Positions 20,293 to 29,237 of a stretch of 64,000 nucleotides of DNA are shown here, in pieces. The DNA lies in contig JAGPNE010000001.1 of NCBI GenBank assembly GCA_018052455.1, positions 295,261 to 359,260 of the forward strand, given 5' to 3'. How positions within the stretch are numbered: position 1 is the stretch's first letter; each line of letters opens with the position of its first letter. The notes below the pieces were generated by a model. The model ran no database searches, was not told where the DNA came from, and worked only from the letters and a program-made list of their open reading frames with translations. The translations under genes and the position numbers were made by a program. Origin of the DNA: Candidatus Fermentithermobacillaceae bacterium (GTDB lineage Bacteria > Bacillota > Sulfobacillia > Fermentithermobacillales > Fermentithermobacillaceae).

Positions 20293-21804
20293 TTGCATTA
20301 TCCAAACCACAGACGACGGATACTCTTGGCTCTAGCTGTTTGTACTCTTGTGTCGATCTTTACAGTCTCAGCAAAGGCAAATGCCCAGTCGGCCCTGGTA
20401 TACCTGGATCCTGATGCTTACCCAAATATCTCGTTGAAGGTTGCTCCAGCAGAAGCACCGTATGCGAACGTCTTTCTTGACATGGCTCCAATAAATAGCC
20501 CGGTGAGACCTTACGTTGAAAACGGATGCACTATGGTACCCATAAGAGCGCTAGGAGAATCACTCGGAGCTCAGATTGGATGGGACTCAGTAAGCAAAGC
20601 AGCCACATATTCCAAGGGTGAAGTTAGTCTAATTGTCACCATTGGAACGCCTACTATTGAAACTGCTGGTGGTAGAACAATAGCTATGCCACAGCCTGCG
20701 GCTTTGGTTAACGGAACTACAATGGTGCCCCTGCGTCTTTTCAGCGAGATTCTGGGTTACAAAGTACTCTGGGATGCAAGTAGTCGTTCAGTCTACATAA
20801 CTTCAACACCAGGGCCATTGGAACTATGGGGATTCTATGCGTTGGGATCTTCAACCTATTCAAGTTGGAAGGATTTATTTGGCACCGAGTATCCTTACAC
20901 AAATTCTTCTGGTTTGGTCAAAAACACCCAAGGCATCTTTGCGGGGTGGTTTTTTGTGAATCAAGACGGAACGATAACATCTGACGAAAACCCAACTGGC
21001 TTTCAGAAACCTGATGGCTGGCCTTCGGTTATCCTTGAGTCGAAGCGGCAAGGTGTGAAACTGTTTTCAATGTACTTTGCCGACCAAGAGCACAGCAGTA
21101 TATGCACGTTGCTCGAGGACCCTGTTTTGAGAAGCAAACTCGCCAAGGAGATTTCAGCTGCATCTTTCGAGTATGACGGGGTGCTAATAGACTTTGAGGA
21201 AATCGGTTTTGGTCGATCTGCAGCTGATTCAGACATGAGGAACTTTAACGCGTTCCTGGATGTACTCCATGCTTTTTTGGAAGGGAAATCTCTGGCCGTA
21301 TCTGTGCCCCCTTTGAACGGCAGCTTCAAAGGCTATGATCACGCCCATATCGGCGAAATTGCCGATTCTATTGTGCTTATGGCCTATGGATATGAGGACA
21401 GGTCTATACCAACGTCGACTGCACCTTTTGACAAAGTTGACGAAGCGATAAGGCTAGAGATGGAGGTAGTTGATCCAGGTAAGATCATTCTTGGAGTTCC
21501 TGCATATGGGACTTTGTATGCTACGGATTCTGGAAAGACGTACCTTTTTTCGAAACCGCCGGCAAAAGATCTAGGGACCAAGCTTCCAGAATACTCGGCA
21601 GACGAGGCAACTGAAAGATCATTTGCCCCGGATAGCCTGTGCAATCACCTCAAATGGCAAGGACAGCAACTGGAGTACGAAGGTTTTTTGGAAGACGCAG
21701 CCAGTTTCAACGTCAGGATTAACATGGCAAAAAGATACGGAATAAAGGGCGTAGCAGTCTGGAGACTCGGGTTCGTTACGAAGACGGTTCTGGCGCTTCC
21801 ATAA
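20293..21804 (+). CDS. secreted glycoside hydrolase family 18 protein with copper-amine-oxidase-like N-terminal repeats
   Basis: ORF opens at 20221. TTG at 20293 gives a signal peptide (RRRILLALAVCTLV...AKANAQ) with a GAGGGG SD. Two Cu_amine_oxidN1-like repeats (MVPIRALGE, MVPLRLFSE) are followed by a GH18 core (LIDFEE). Confidence 0.75.
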   Translation: MHYPNHRRRILLALAVCTLVSIFTVSAKANAQSALVYLDPDAYPNISLKVAPAEAPYANVFLDMAPINSPVRPYVENGCTMVPIRALGESLGAQIGWDSVSKAATYSKGEVSLIVTIGTPTIETAGGRTIAMPQPAALVNGTTMVPLRLFSEILGYKVLWDASSRSVYITSTPGPLELWGFYALGSSTYSSWKDLFGTEYPYTNSSGLVKNTQGIFAGWFFVNQDGTITSDENPTGFQKPDGWPSVILESKRQGVKLFSMYFADQEHSSICTLLEDPVLRSKLAKEISAASFEYDGVLIDFEEIGFGRSAADSDMRNFNAFLDVLHAFLEGKSLAVSVPPLNGSFKGYDHAHIGEIADSIVLMAYGYEDRSIPTSTAPFDKVDEAIRLEMEVVDPGKIILGVPAYGTLYATDSGKTYLFSKPPAKDLGTKLPEYSADEATERSFAPDSLCNHLKWQGQQLEYEGFLEDAASFNVRINMAKRYGIKGVAVWRLGFVTKTVLALP

Positions 21805-21836
21805 ATCCGAATAGATGGAGCGCCAGAACCGACCCT
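21783..21836. repeat. copy D of the dispersed AGGGTCGGTTCT repeat (inverted pair forming a hairpin)
   Basis: GACGGTTCTGGCGCTTCC, then a 16-nt loop, then GGAGCGCCAGAACCGACCCT. The left arm encodes the GH18 C-terminus; the right arm holds the core in reverse orientation. Confidence 0.6.
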
Positions 21837-21841
21837 ATGAT

Positions 21842-23041
21842 TCAAAATTGGTCGTAGAGCAGCCCTGCGAAGCACATAAGCGCAAATTGGATTCCAGGAA
21901 CCAAAGAATCGATATAAAGAAACTCAGTGGTTTTGTGTCCGTTTTCTGATCGCTTAAAGCCCATTGTAACTGCAGGCCAGCCTCGTGACAAGGGAATATT
22001 AGAGTCTGTACTGCTATAACCAACGGTAAGGTCATAACCACACTCCTTGCCCAATTCCATAAGGCCCTGTATATAGGCACAGTCTACCGGAATCTCTCCT
22101 GTTGGCCGATCGCCTACAACTGCAATGGTATATTCGGTTCCAGTAGAAGAAGCTGCTTCTAAGAGACATTTCATTATTTCTTCTTCAAGTTCTACCAAGC
22201 ATTTTGCGTCTACCGATCTCATATCCAACAACATGTGCGCATCCTGGGCAATCGAGTTCACCGAATGACCCCCTTGAACAACGCCTACATTGTAAGTCGT
22301 CCTTGGAGACTCGGGCACCTGAATCCGCGAAATATTCGCTATTGCCACCCCTATGCCGTAGATGGCGTTCGTGTTGCCGAAACTGCCCCAGCTATGTCCC
22401 CCTTGCCCCTTAAAGTCTACGCGGAGTCTCCTACTGCCAACCCCTCCATTTACGATATAACCCATCCCTCCGTCTATGTTCAGAAACACCACGTTTTCGG
22501 GATGGATTCGGAACCCACCGAAGTCATAGTTTTCTATGTTATCACAGAAAAATCGTGCCCCTTTGAGGTCTCCTAACCCTTCTTCTCCTACCGTAGATAC
22601 AAGAACAACCGGATGTTCAAGAGGCAAGTGTTGCTTGAAGATCTTGCCCAGCAACAACATACATGCTAAAGAAGCTGAATTGTCACTAACGCCGGGCGCG
22701 GCAAGAATATTGCCATCTCTTTTCACAGTAAGATCTGTATCAAATGGAAAAACCGTGTCCATATGCGCCATACTTATAACGGTCTTTTTATGATCTTTTC
22801 CAGGGAAAAAGGCCAGCACGTTCCCAACCTCGTCCCTTGCAACGAAGGGGAAGCCCATGCTTCGCATCTTTTTCTCCAAGTATTCCGAACGCTGGTCCTC
22901 CTCATTGCTCGGCGCCGGAACCTGCGTAATTTCAGCAATGAGTTCAACATACTCCTCCTCACATGAACGCAGATAATCCAGCCCTTCCTTCACTACAGCC
23001 TTCTCTTGCAGAACCTCCGAGATCATCTCAATCCCTCCCAT
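21842..23041 (-). CDS. M20/M25/M40 family metallopeptidase
   Basis: HMDTV and VGEEGLGD M20 motifs. Start chosen at the internal Met because upstream ORF sequence is made up of repeat copy A. Confidence 0.75.
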   Translation of the reverse strand: MGGIEMISEVLQEKAVVKEGLDYLRSCEEEYVELIAEITQVPAPSNEEDQRSEYLEKKMRSMGFPFVARDEVGNVLAFFPGKDHKKTVISMAHMDTVFPFDTDLTVKRDGNILAAPGVSDNSASLACMLLLGKIFKQHLPLEHPVVLVSTVGEEGLGDLKGARFFCDNIENYDFGGFRIHPENVVFLNIDGGMGYIVNGGVGSRRLRVDFKGQGGHSWGSFGNTNAIYGIGVAIANISRIQVPESPRTTYNVGVVQGGHSVNSIAQDAHMLLDMRSVDAKCLVELEEEIMKCLLEAASSTGTEYTIAVVGDRPTGEIPVDCAYIQGLMELGKECGYDLTVGYSSTDSNIPLSRGWPAVTMGFKRSENGHKTTEFLYIDSLVPGIQFALMCFAGLLYDQF

Positions 23042-23060
23042 ACTGACTATTCTACCATGT

Positions 23061-23130
23061 CGCAAGGGGTCGGTTCTCGTGCTTCTCCAATAGGCAACAC
23101 TATTCCTCGAAAACAAAGCACGAGAACCGT
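23061..23130. repeat. copy A of the dispersed AGGGTCGGTTCTC repeat with a distal inverted partner
   Basis: GGGGTCGGTTCTCGTGCT at 23066-23083 and its exact reverse complement AGCACGAGAACCG at 23118-23130. Confidence 0.6.
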
Positions 23131-23156
23131 TCCGGATGTATAATATGTTTGGCAGT

Positions 23157-23376
23157 CTTCGGGGCAGGGTGAAATTCCCGACCGGTGGTAATGCCGCTTC
23201 GCAAAAGGCGGACGAGCCCGACAGCCCCAGCGGTTGAGTCCGGTGAGATTCCGGCGCCGACAGTTATAGTCCGAATGGGAGGAGACTGGGGTACTTGTAC
23301 TTTACCCACAGTTGCCTAAACTTTTTAACCCCCTGAAGTAGCCAGACTCAAACTTTCAAGTATCTAAGGGGGTTTT
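23157..23376 (+). promoter_or_regulatory. FMN riboswitch (RFN element) with SD-sequestering expression platform
   Basis: CTTCGGGGCAGGGTGAAATTCCCGACCGGTGGTA...AGCCGACAGTTATAGTCCGAATGGGAGGAG is near-identical to the B. subtilis ribD leader consensus. Downstream, AACCCCCT (23327-23334) is the exact complement of the SD AGGGGGTT (23367-23374). Confidence 0.85.
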
Positions 23377-23379
23377 CCA

Positions 23380-23901
23380 ATGGGAAAAAGTCATGATTCT
23401 CTAATCACATTGGTAGTCCTGGGTCTGGTAACTTCAATAGTATTAGTATCTACTATGTTTCTCAAGTTACCGACCGCAACAGGCTACGTTCACCTAGGAG
23501 ACGGCGTGATTTTCGCCACCTCCCTTGCTCTCGGCCCACTTTACGGCATCGTTGCAGGCGCTTTAGGTTCGGCTCTTGCAGATATCTTTGGCGGGTACGT
23601 AGTCTGGGCGCCATGGACTCTGGTCATCAAAGGAGTGGCAGGTTTCATAGTGGCCAAGCTAGGCTACAATAAGGACAAAAAGAAACAGGTTTTCGCTATG
23701 GTGCTAGCATCAATTTGGATCATAGCAGGGTACGCGGCGGGAACCGCCGTGATTTATTCGCCCATGGCAATACTCCCTGAAGTAATGGGCAACGTGGTTC
23801 AAACAGGTTCGGGTGTACTAATTGGCGCAGTCTTGAGTCCTGTATTGGGCAAGATCATGTCAGAAACAAGCCTGAGCAGTAAAGTCGTGAAAGAACACTA
23901 A
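23380..23901 (+). CDS. ribU: ECF-transporter substrate-specific (S) component, probably riboflavin RibU
   Basis: 173 aa, about 5 TM helices, ECF S-component-like. Substrate assigned from the upstream FMN riboswitch. Confidence 0.7.
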   Translation: MGKSHDSLITLVVLGLVTSIVLVSTMFLKLPTATGYVHLGDGVIFATSLALGPLYGIVAGALGSALADIFGGYVVWAPWTLVIKGVAGFIVAKLGYNKDKKKQVFAMVLASIWIIAGYAAGTAVIYSPMAILPEVMGNVVQTGSGVLIGAVLSPVLGKIMSETSLSSKVVKEH

Positions 23902-23911
23902 CAAAAAGACA

Positions 23912-23962
23912 CACGTTGTCCGGCAAAAACCTTACTTAGTGCCAAGGATGCCGGACAACGTG
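23912..23962. terminator. bidirectional hairpin terminator (14-bp arms cacgttgtccggca/tgccggacaacgtg)
   Basis: perfect inverted repeat between convergent ribU and the lyase gene. Confidence 0.55.
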
Positions 23963-23992
23963 CTCACATTAGATGCCTACTATTCTGATGGT

Positions 23993-25378
23993 CTACCCTA
24001 CTCTTTCAAACCTCGCAGTAAAGTGGCGGAGCACCGGTGCCTGGTGCACAATCCTAAGTCCCTTTACCGACGATGCGCGTTCTTTTATCGCCTTCATTGT
24101 CTTGGCCACATATTCCATGTGCCTGTCGGTATATACTCTTCTAGGTATTGCTAGGCGCACAAGTTCCATCTGAGGCCAAATATCTTCCCCGGTTTCAGAG
24201 TCTTTGTGCCCAAAAGCACAGCCACCCAGTTCGACTCCTCTAACTCCACCCTCTATGAACAATTCGACGGTCAGAGCCTGAGCCGGAAACTCATGCCTAG
24301 GGATATGCGGCAGCAAAGATTTTGCATCGACATATATCCCATGTCCTCCGCTAGGTCTTACGATCGGAATGTCACACGCGGTAAGAAGATCGCCTAGATA
24401 AGCTACCTGACCAATTCGGTCCTCCAGATAGCGCTCGTCAAGGACCTCTCTAAGACCTCTTGCCACAGCTTCGAGGTCTCTCCCAGCCAGCCCCCCGTAA
24501 GTCGCGAAACCCTCAAAAGGTATTTGCCACTCAATCGCCTTCTCGTAGTTGTCCTTATTGTTGAAAGCGATGAATCCGCCTATGTTGACCAGCGCGTCCT
24601 TTTTCGCGCTCATGGTGCAACCATCGCCATAGGAAAACATTTCTCTTACAATGTCTGCAATTGATTTATCTTCATACCCTGGTTCAAGTTTTTTAATAAA
24701 ATATGCGTTCTCAGCAAATCTAGCTGCATCAAAGAACATGGGAATATGATACTTGTCTGCAATAGCCCGTACTCCCCTTATGTTCTCCATAGAGACAGGC
24801 TGCCCGCCATTGTTGTTGCAAGTTATAGTTACCAATATCAGCGCCGCTTTGTTTTTATCTCTCTCGATTTCTTCTTCTAACAAGTTGAGGTCAAAGTTCC
24901 CCTTGAAAGGTGCTTCTGCAGCAACATCGTAACCGATTTCCGCGAGACAATTCACAGGCTGTGCTCCTCGAAGAAGAATATGTCCCTCCGTCGTGTCGAA
25001 ATGCATATTGCCCAGGACACGATCTCCGGGCTCCACAAAGATGTTCATGAGGATGTGTTCGGCACCCCTACCTTGATGTGTTGGCGCTACGTATTCGTAA
25101 CCCATAACGTCTCTTACTGAATCTTTCAAGTGATAGTAGTTCCTGCTTCCTGCGTATGACTCGTCTCCCATCATCATACCCGCCCACTGATAGTCAGACA
25201 TCGCTGCCGTACCGCTATCGGTAAGAAGGTCTATGTACACAGCGTCAGCAGGCAGGGAAAAGACATTGTACCCGGCCTCATTTATCAGTTGTTCACGCGT
25301 TGGCCTATCTACCAACTCTATTCTTTCAATCATCTTGATCCTATACGGTTCGGCATAGTCTTGGCGTTCTCTAAACAT
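23993..25378 (-). CDS. beta-eliminating lyase, tyrosine phenol-lyase / tryptophanase family (closer to TPL)
   Basis: WAGMMMGDESYAGS, PTHQGRGAE and EMFSYGDGCTMSAKKD motifs, the last closer to TPL than TnaA. Start at the Met preceding EPYRIKMIE avoids overlap with the downstream gene. Confidence 0.8.
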   Translation of the reverse strand: MFRERQDYAEPYRIKMIERIELVDRPTREQLINEAGYNVFSLPADAVYIDLLTDSGTAAMSDYQWAGMMMGDESYAGSRNYYHLKDSVRDVMGYEYVAPTHQGRGAEHILMNIFVEPGDRVLGNMHFDTTEGHILLRGAQPVNCLAEIGYDVAAEAPFKGNFDLNLLEEEIERDKNKAALILVTITCNNNGGQPVSMENIRGVRAIADKYHIPMFFDAARFAENAYFIKKLEPGYEDKSIADIVREMFSYGDGCTMSAKKDALVNIGGFIAFNNKDNYEKAIEWQIPFEGFATYGGLAGRDLEAVARGLREVLDERYLEDRIGQVAYLGDLLTACDIPIVRPSGGHGIYVDAKSLLPHIPRHEFPAQALTVELFIEGGVRGVELGGCAFGHKDSETGEDIWPQMELVRLAIPRRVYTDRHMEYVAKTMKAIKERASSVKGLRIVHQAPVLRHFTARFERVG

Positions 25379-25403
25379 GCGATCACTCACTTTCAAGGCA
25401 TTT

Positions 25404-26369
25404 TCACATATTGCACAACCTTCTGAACACGTCCTCAGCACTGGAGATAACATTATCTATGATTTCCTTACACGACTCCTCTTTGTGTACCATTGCAGCG
25501 ACTTGTCCGGCCATCAAGGACCCATATTCTACGTCTCCATCGACAACTGCTCGCCTAAGCGCCCCGGCCCCTATCGCCTCTATCTGTCTCGGCGAAAGCC
25601 CTTTGGATTCTGCTTCCAAGAATTGCTTCGCAAGCTTATTGTTGAGCACTCGTACCGGATGCCCTGTACTTCTACCAGTTACCACTGTACTCCTGTCACG
25701 AGCCGCAATAATTGCTTTTTTGTAGTTAGGATGAACGCTGCACTCCTTTGCGCAGACAAAACGAGTTCCCATCTGTACGCCGCTCGCACCAAGAGCCAAC
25801 GCCGCAACGAGGCCTCTTCCGTCATATATCCCCCCAGCGGCCACAACCGGAATTGACACCGCATCAACTATCTGAGGAACCAAAGGCATGGTTGCGATAT
25901 CGCCTATGTGCCCCCCACATTCCATTCCCTCGGCAATCAGGGCATCTACACCTGTACGTTCGAGCCTCTTCGCAAGGTTTACCGATGCGACCACGGATAG
26001 TGTCCTTATTCCTGCGTCTTTGAATCTCGGTATGTGTATGCCCGGGTTACCTGCTCCCGTAATTACGACGGGCACTTTTTCTTCTATCACTAGATCGACA
26101 ATATCCTCAGCCAACGGCGACAAAAGATACACATTGACGCCGAATGGTTTGTTCGTAAGCTCTCTTGTCTTATGGATTTCCTCCCTCACTACTTGGCGTG
26201 GAGCATTCCCTACACCTATGACTCCTAATCCGCCGGCCTCGCTTACGGCAGCTGCAAGTTTGCCTGTCGCTACCCACGCCATTCCACCTTGTATAATCGG
26301 ATATTGAACATTCAAAAGATCACAAAGGACAGTCTTGATAGCCACCAATCTCCCTCCTATTAGGTGCAA
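25404..26369 (-). CDS. nitronate monooxygenase / enoyl-ACP reductase FabK-like FMN oxidoreductase
   Basis: YPIIQGGMAWV NMO-family N-terminus, TIM-barrel FMN motifs. Confidence 0.8.
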   Translation of the reverse strand: MHLIGGRLVAIKTVLCDLLNVQYPIIQGGMAWVATGKLAAAVSEAGGLGVIGVGNAPRQVVREEIHKTRELTNKPFGVNVYLLSPLAEDIVDLVIEEKVPVVITGAGNPGIHIPRFKDAGIRTLSVVASVNLAKRLERTGVDALIAEGMECGGHIGDIATMPLVPQIVDAVSIPVVAAGGIYDGRGLVAALALGASGVQMGTRFVCAKECSVHPNYKKAIIAARDRSTVVTGRSTGHPVRVLNNKLAKQFLEAESKGLSPRQIEAIGAGALRRAVVDGDVEYGSLMAGQVAAMVHKEESCKEIIDNVISSAEDVFRRLCNM

Positions 26370-26445
26370 AACGAAACATCGCTAGAGGTACATAATCACC
26401 ATGCATACGGTCCTGCCGCATGTGTATGATACCATTCAGTATAGT

Positions 26446-27309
26446 CTACTTATTTTCTCTCAACACTTCCATTACAAAATACTCAGATGGGTCAGGTTGC
26501 CACCCGTTCTCTAGTAGTATGTTCTCAAACTGGTCGTCGCGAGATGGGTACAAACACGATATCGAAGGGACAAGTAGTTCTCTAGCCTTGGCACTAGCAA
26601 AATCCAGTGCTTTTTGAACATCGCCACCCAAAAAGCCCACATGCAAGCACAGATCTGCCTGGAATCTGGCACCCAAAGACACAAAAGTCCCGTCATCGGG
26701 ATCTGCATACACTTTGCCCTCATTGAGCCATGAGCGCACAAGCGCTGGCGTCATCTCGTAGAAAGTTCGATTCATCACACAAAATCTGCCCCACGTAGTC
26801 CTTGCTTCCGTTAACAGCTTATCTGCCAAAAGATCATCTACTTCTAGCTGAGGCATTCCCATAAGATCGGCATTGGCATCTTGGTTTACATTGCACGAAG
26901 CTCCCCTGTAGGTAGCTGCAACTTGAAAACCGAACTTTTCAGCTAGTCCCCTGCTGGTCTGGTTTCTCACACCAGTGTACATGCGCATAACCGATACGTT
27001 CCTTGCTTCGGCGAGGTCGAAAAAACGTCTATAGAACTGCTTGCCCACCCCCTGGCCTTGAGCTTCAGGTATAACTCGAAGCGCCTCTAACCAGGCGGAT
27101 CCGTCGTAAAGAATCGTGAGCTTACTTACGCCCACTAACTGTCCTTCCACCTCTGCAACGCACAACTCTCCAATATCGTCATGCACCCAGTGCTCAAACA
27201 TGGTCCCCAAATATCTCAAATTGGGAGTAGCTCTTTCTTCAATTTGCATAACTCTAGCTTTATCCTCAATCCTGGCCCGTCTTAAGGTCGCTTGCATGAT
27301 GAAACCCAC
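26446..27309 (-). CDS. GNAT family N-acetyltransferase (two-lobed)
   Basis: acetyl-CoA-binding motif QGQGVGKQ. Confidence 0.7.
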   Translation of the reverse strand: MGFIMQATLRRARIEDKARVMQIEERATPNLRYLGTMFEHWVHDDIGELCVAEVEGQLVGVSKLTILYDGSAWLEALRVIPEAQGQGVGKQFYRRFFDLAEARNVSVMRMYTGVRNQTSRGLAEKFGFQVAATYRGASCNVNQDANADLMGMPQLEVDDLLADKLLTEARTTWGRFCVMNRTFYEMTPALVRSWLNEGKVYADPDDGTFVSLGARFQADLCLHVGFLGGDVQKALDFASAKARELLVPSISCLYPSRDDQFENILLENGWQPDPSEYFVMEVLRENK

Positions 27310-27516
27310 CTTCTCTTCAGTATCCTGGTAGTCCAGCCGCCAGTTTGTAGAATGGAAACACTGACCTTAATCTACGATCTTAATTTCCACAGGAGTCCCC
27401 AGTTTCCTTCAGCATCTGGGATTCATATTGTTCCTCTGGTATGACCAAAAAACTGCTGCCCCCTTCTTGGGTCAAGGGAGCAGCGTCTAGAAATTCCTAA
27501 GCTGGGATATCAAACA

Positions 27517-28260
27517 CTAGAACGTGAAGTCCATTCGGACTGTCGCAGTTACAGTTACCTCGCCCGGCTCTATAGGAGTCATGTCAGACTGATTTTCCGC
27601 GAACTTCGCTATCTCCCGCGTAGAAGACACATAGACCCACCCGTCAGACATATTGATGACATCCTTAATCGTCACTCCCGCGGCTTTAGCCATAACTTCC
27701 GCCTTATGTCGGGCGTTTTCCACTGCCTTAGCCAGAACCTGATCCTCGTACTTCTTGGAGTCAAGCACTCCGAAGGATATTCCGCCGACATTTGTAGCTC
27801 CTGCCTTTACAGTCACATCTATTATCTGCCCTATTTTCCCAAGGTCCTTGATCCTCACTGTAACCGTGTTGTTGCACCTATAACCCACCAATACTTGCTG
27901 ACTGAAACGTACATTCTCCTGAGTCTCATATACTGGGTATAAGGAAAAGTTCGAGGTCTGAACGTCTTCTCTCGAAATTCCTTGTGCCAAGAGTTCCGAT
28001 ATGACTTTGTTCATGACCAAGGAGTTACTCGACTGAGCTTCTTGAGCTGTAAGTGCATTGGTTTCGACCCCAAAACTCACTCTAGCTACATCCGGTTTGA
28101 CGTATATTGTGTATTCGCCAGTTACCGAAATCACTCTCTTGTCAACCTCCTCGGCTCTTACTTCCGGAGCATAGATGCCTTGAAATACGGAGAGACAAAG
28201 CACAATCACGACCGAAAGCGCGATCCTCCCAACTCTTTTGGTGTCTTTGATAAAAGACAT
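27517..28260 (-). CDS. SIMPL domain protein (DUF541, YggE-like)
   Basis: N-terminal signal/anchor, SIMPL-family similarity. Confidence 0.75.
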   Translation of the reverse strand: MSFIKDTKRVGRIALSVVIVLCLSVFQGIYAPEVRAEEVDKRVISVTGEYTIYVKPDVARVSFGVETNALTAQEAQSSNSLVMNKVISELLAQGISREDVQTSNFSLYPVYETQENVRFSQQVLVGYRCNNTVTVRIKDLGKIGQIIDVTVKAGATNVGGISFGVLDSKKYEDQVLAKAVENARHKAEVMAKAAGVTIKDVINMSDGWVYVSSTREIAKFAENQSDMTPIEPGEVTVTATVRMDFTF

Positions 28261-28492
28261 CCCGGTTCATCTCCTTAGCATACTCATATTTGTGGATATC
28301 CCACATTCCGTATAGTCTGGCTTAAATGCTAACTCTTGTCTGTGCGTTCGCCTTTTTGACGTAGAGATCTGCGATATGTTCCAAAATGAGTAATCTTGAC
28401 GCTTTTCTAACTATTCTTTCTTCCTCAGTTTGATGGAATCTGTCAAGAAAGATAGAATCTTGTGTAGCAGTAAGTGTGTCTGCAAATAGTAA

Positions 28493-29143
28493 GTGTTAGG
28501 TGAGGACCATATGGAGTTTATTGCGCCTCGGAAATTGGGAAGATGCGAGGTAGTCATCAAAAGATCAAGATTTATAGGACAAGCCGCGCCTTGCTTTTCA
28601 GAGGAAAAAGCCTTAGATTTTATCTCCCAAGTAAGGCAAGAGCATTCGGGAGCAACTCATAACGTCTACGCATATTCCGTAGGAATCAGCACTTTTGCGG
28701 AAAGAGCCTCAGACGATGGGGAGCCAAAAGGCACTGCAGGATATCCGGTGCTTGAAGTCATCAAGAAACGGGACTTGCGGAACGTGGTCGTGACCGTGAC
28801 CAGATATTTTGGAGGAACCAAACTCGGTGCCGGAGGGCTAATACGCGCATACAGCAACACGGCTTCCTCAGCCCTTGACAATGCAGGTTTGGCCCTTTAT
28901 AGGTACCATGATTTGGTTACCATAGTTGTTGATTACGAGAAGTTCGAGAGTGTGCACAGGGCTCTTGAAGGGTTGGGATGTCCGATAAGAAATATATCTT
29001 ACACTGAAGAAGTCACAATTGCAGCTTTTGCTGCCCCTGAAGACATACACAATGTCAAAGCCCGTATACGAGAATTGACCTCAGACAAAGCACGAGTTGA
29101 AGTATCAGAAGGTACGTACCTGATAGTAGAAAACATGCAATAA
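28493..29143 (+). CDS. IMPACT / YigZ family protein (UPF0029)
   Basis: RSRFIG...HNVYAY...GEPKGTAG...YFGGTKLGAGGL signature. Confidence 0.8.
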   Translation: MLGEDHMEFIAPRKLGRCEVVIKRSRFIGQAAPCFSEEKALDFISQVRQEHSGATHNVYAYSVGISTFAERASDDGEPKGTAGYPVLEVIKKRDLRNVVVTVTRYFGGTKLGAGGLIRAYSNTASSALDNAGLALYRYHDLVTIVVDYEKFESVHRALEGLGCPIRNISYTEEVTIAAFAAPEDIHNVKARIRELTSDKARVEVSEGTYLIVENMQ

Positions 29144-29152
29144 CTGCAATCG

Positions 29153-29210
29153 AAACGGGGCGGGGTATCGTTACTAAAGATCTATCCCGCAGATACGCTC
29201 GCCCCGTTTT
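29153..29210. terminator. hairpin between convergent yigZ-like and M20D genes (aaacggggcg / cgccccgttt, T-run follows)
   Basis: 10-bp GC-rich stem, large loop, TTTT tract. Confidence 0.4.
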
Positions 29211-29237
29211 CTTTCCGAAGACTAAACAACACTCTCT

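Noticed and set aside
21842-23116. Full 424-aa extent of the M20 peptidase ORF
   Set aside because: The first ~25 codons are a translation of repeat copy A and the intergenic region. The protein probably starts at the internal Met, near 23041.
23100-23309. 69-aa ORF on the minus strand
   Set aside because: Antisense to the FMN riboswitch. Artefact of GC-rich structured RNA.
25377-25856. 159-aa ORF on the plus strand, and other long antisense ORFs (45802-46341, 29802-30335)
   Set aside because: Each is embedded antisense in a confidently assigned gene, and none has homology-like features.
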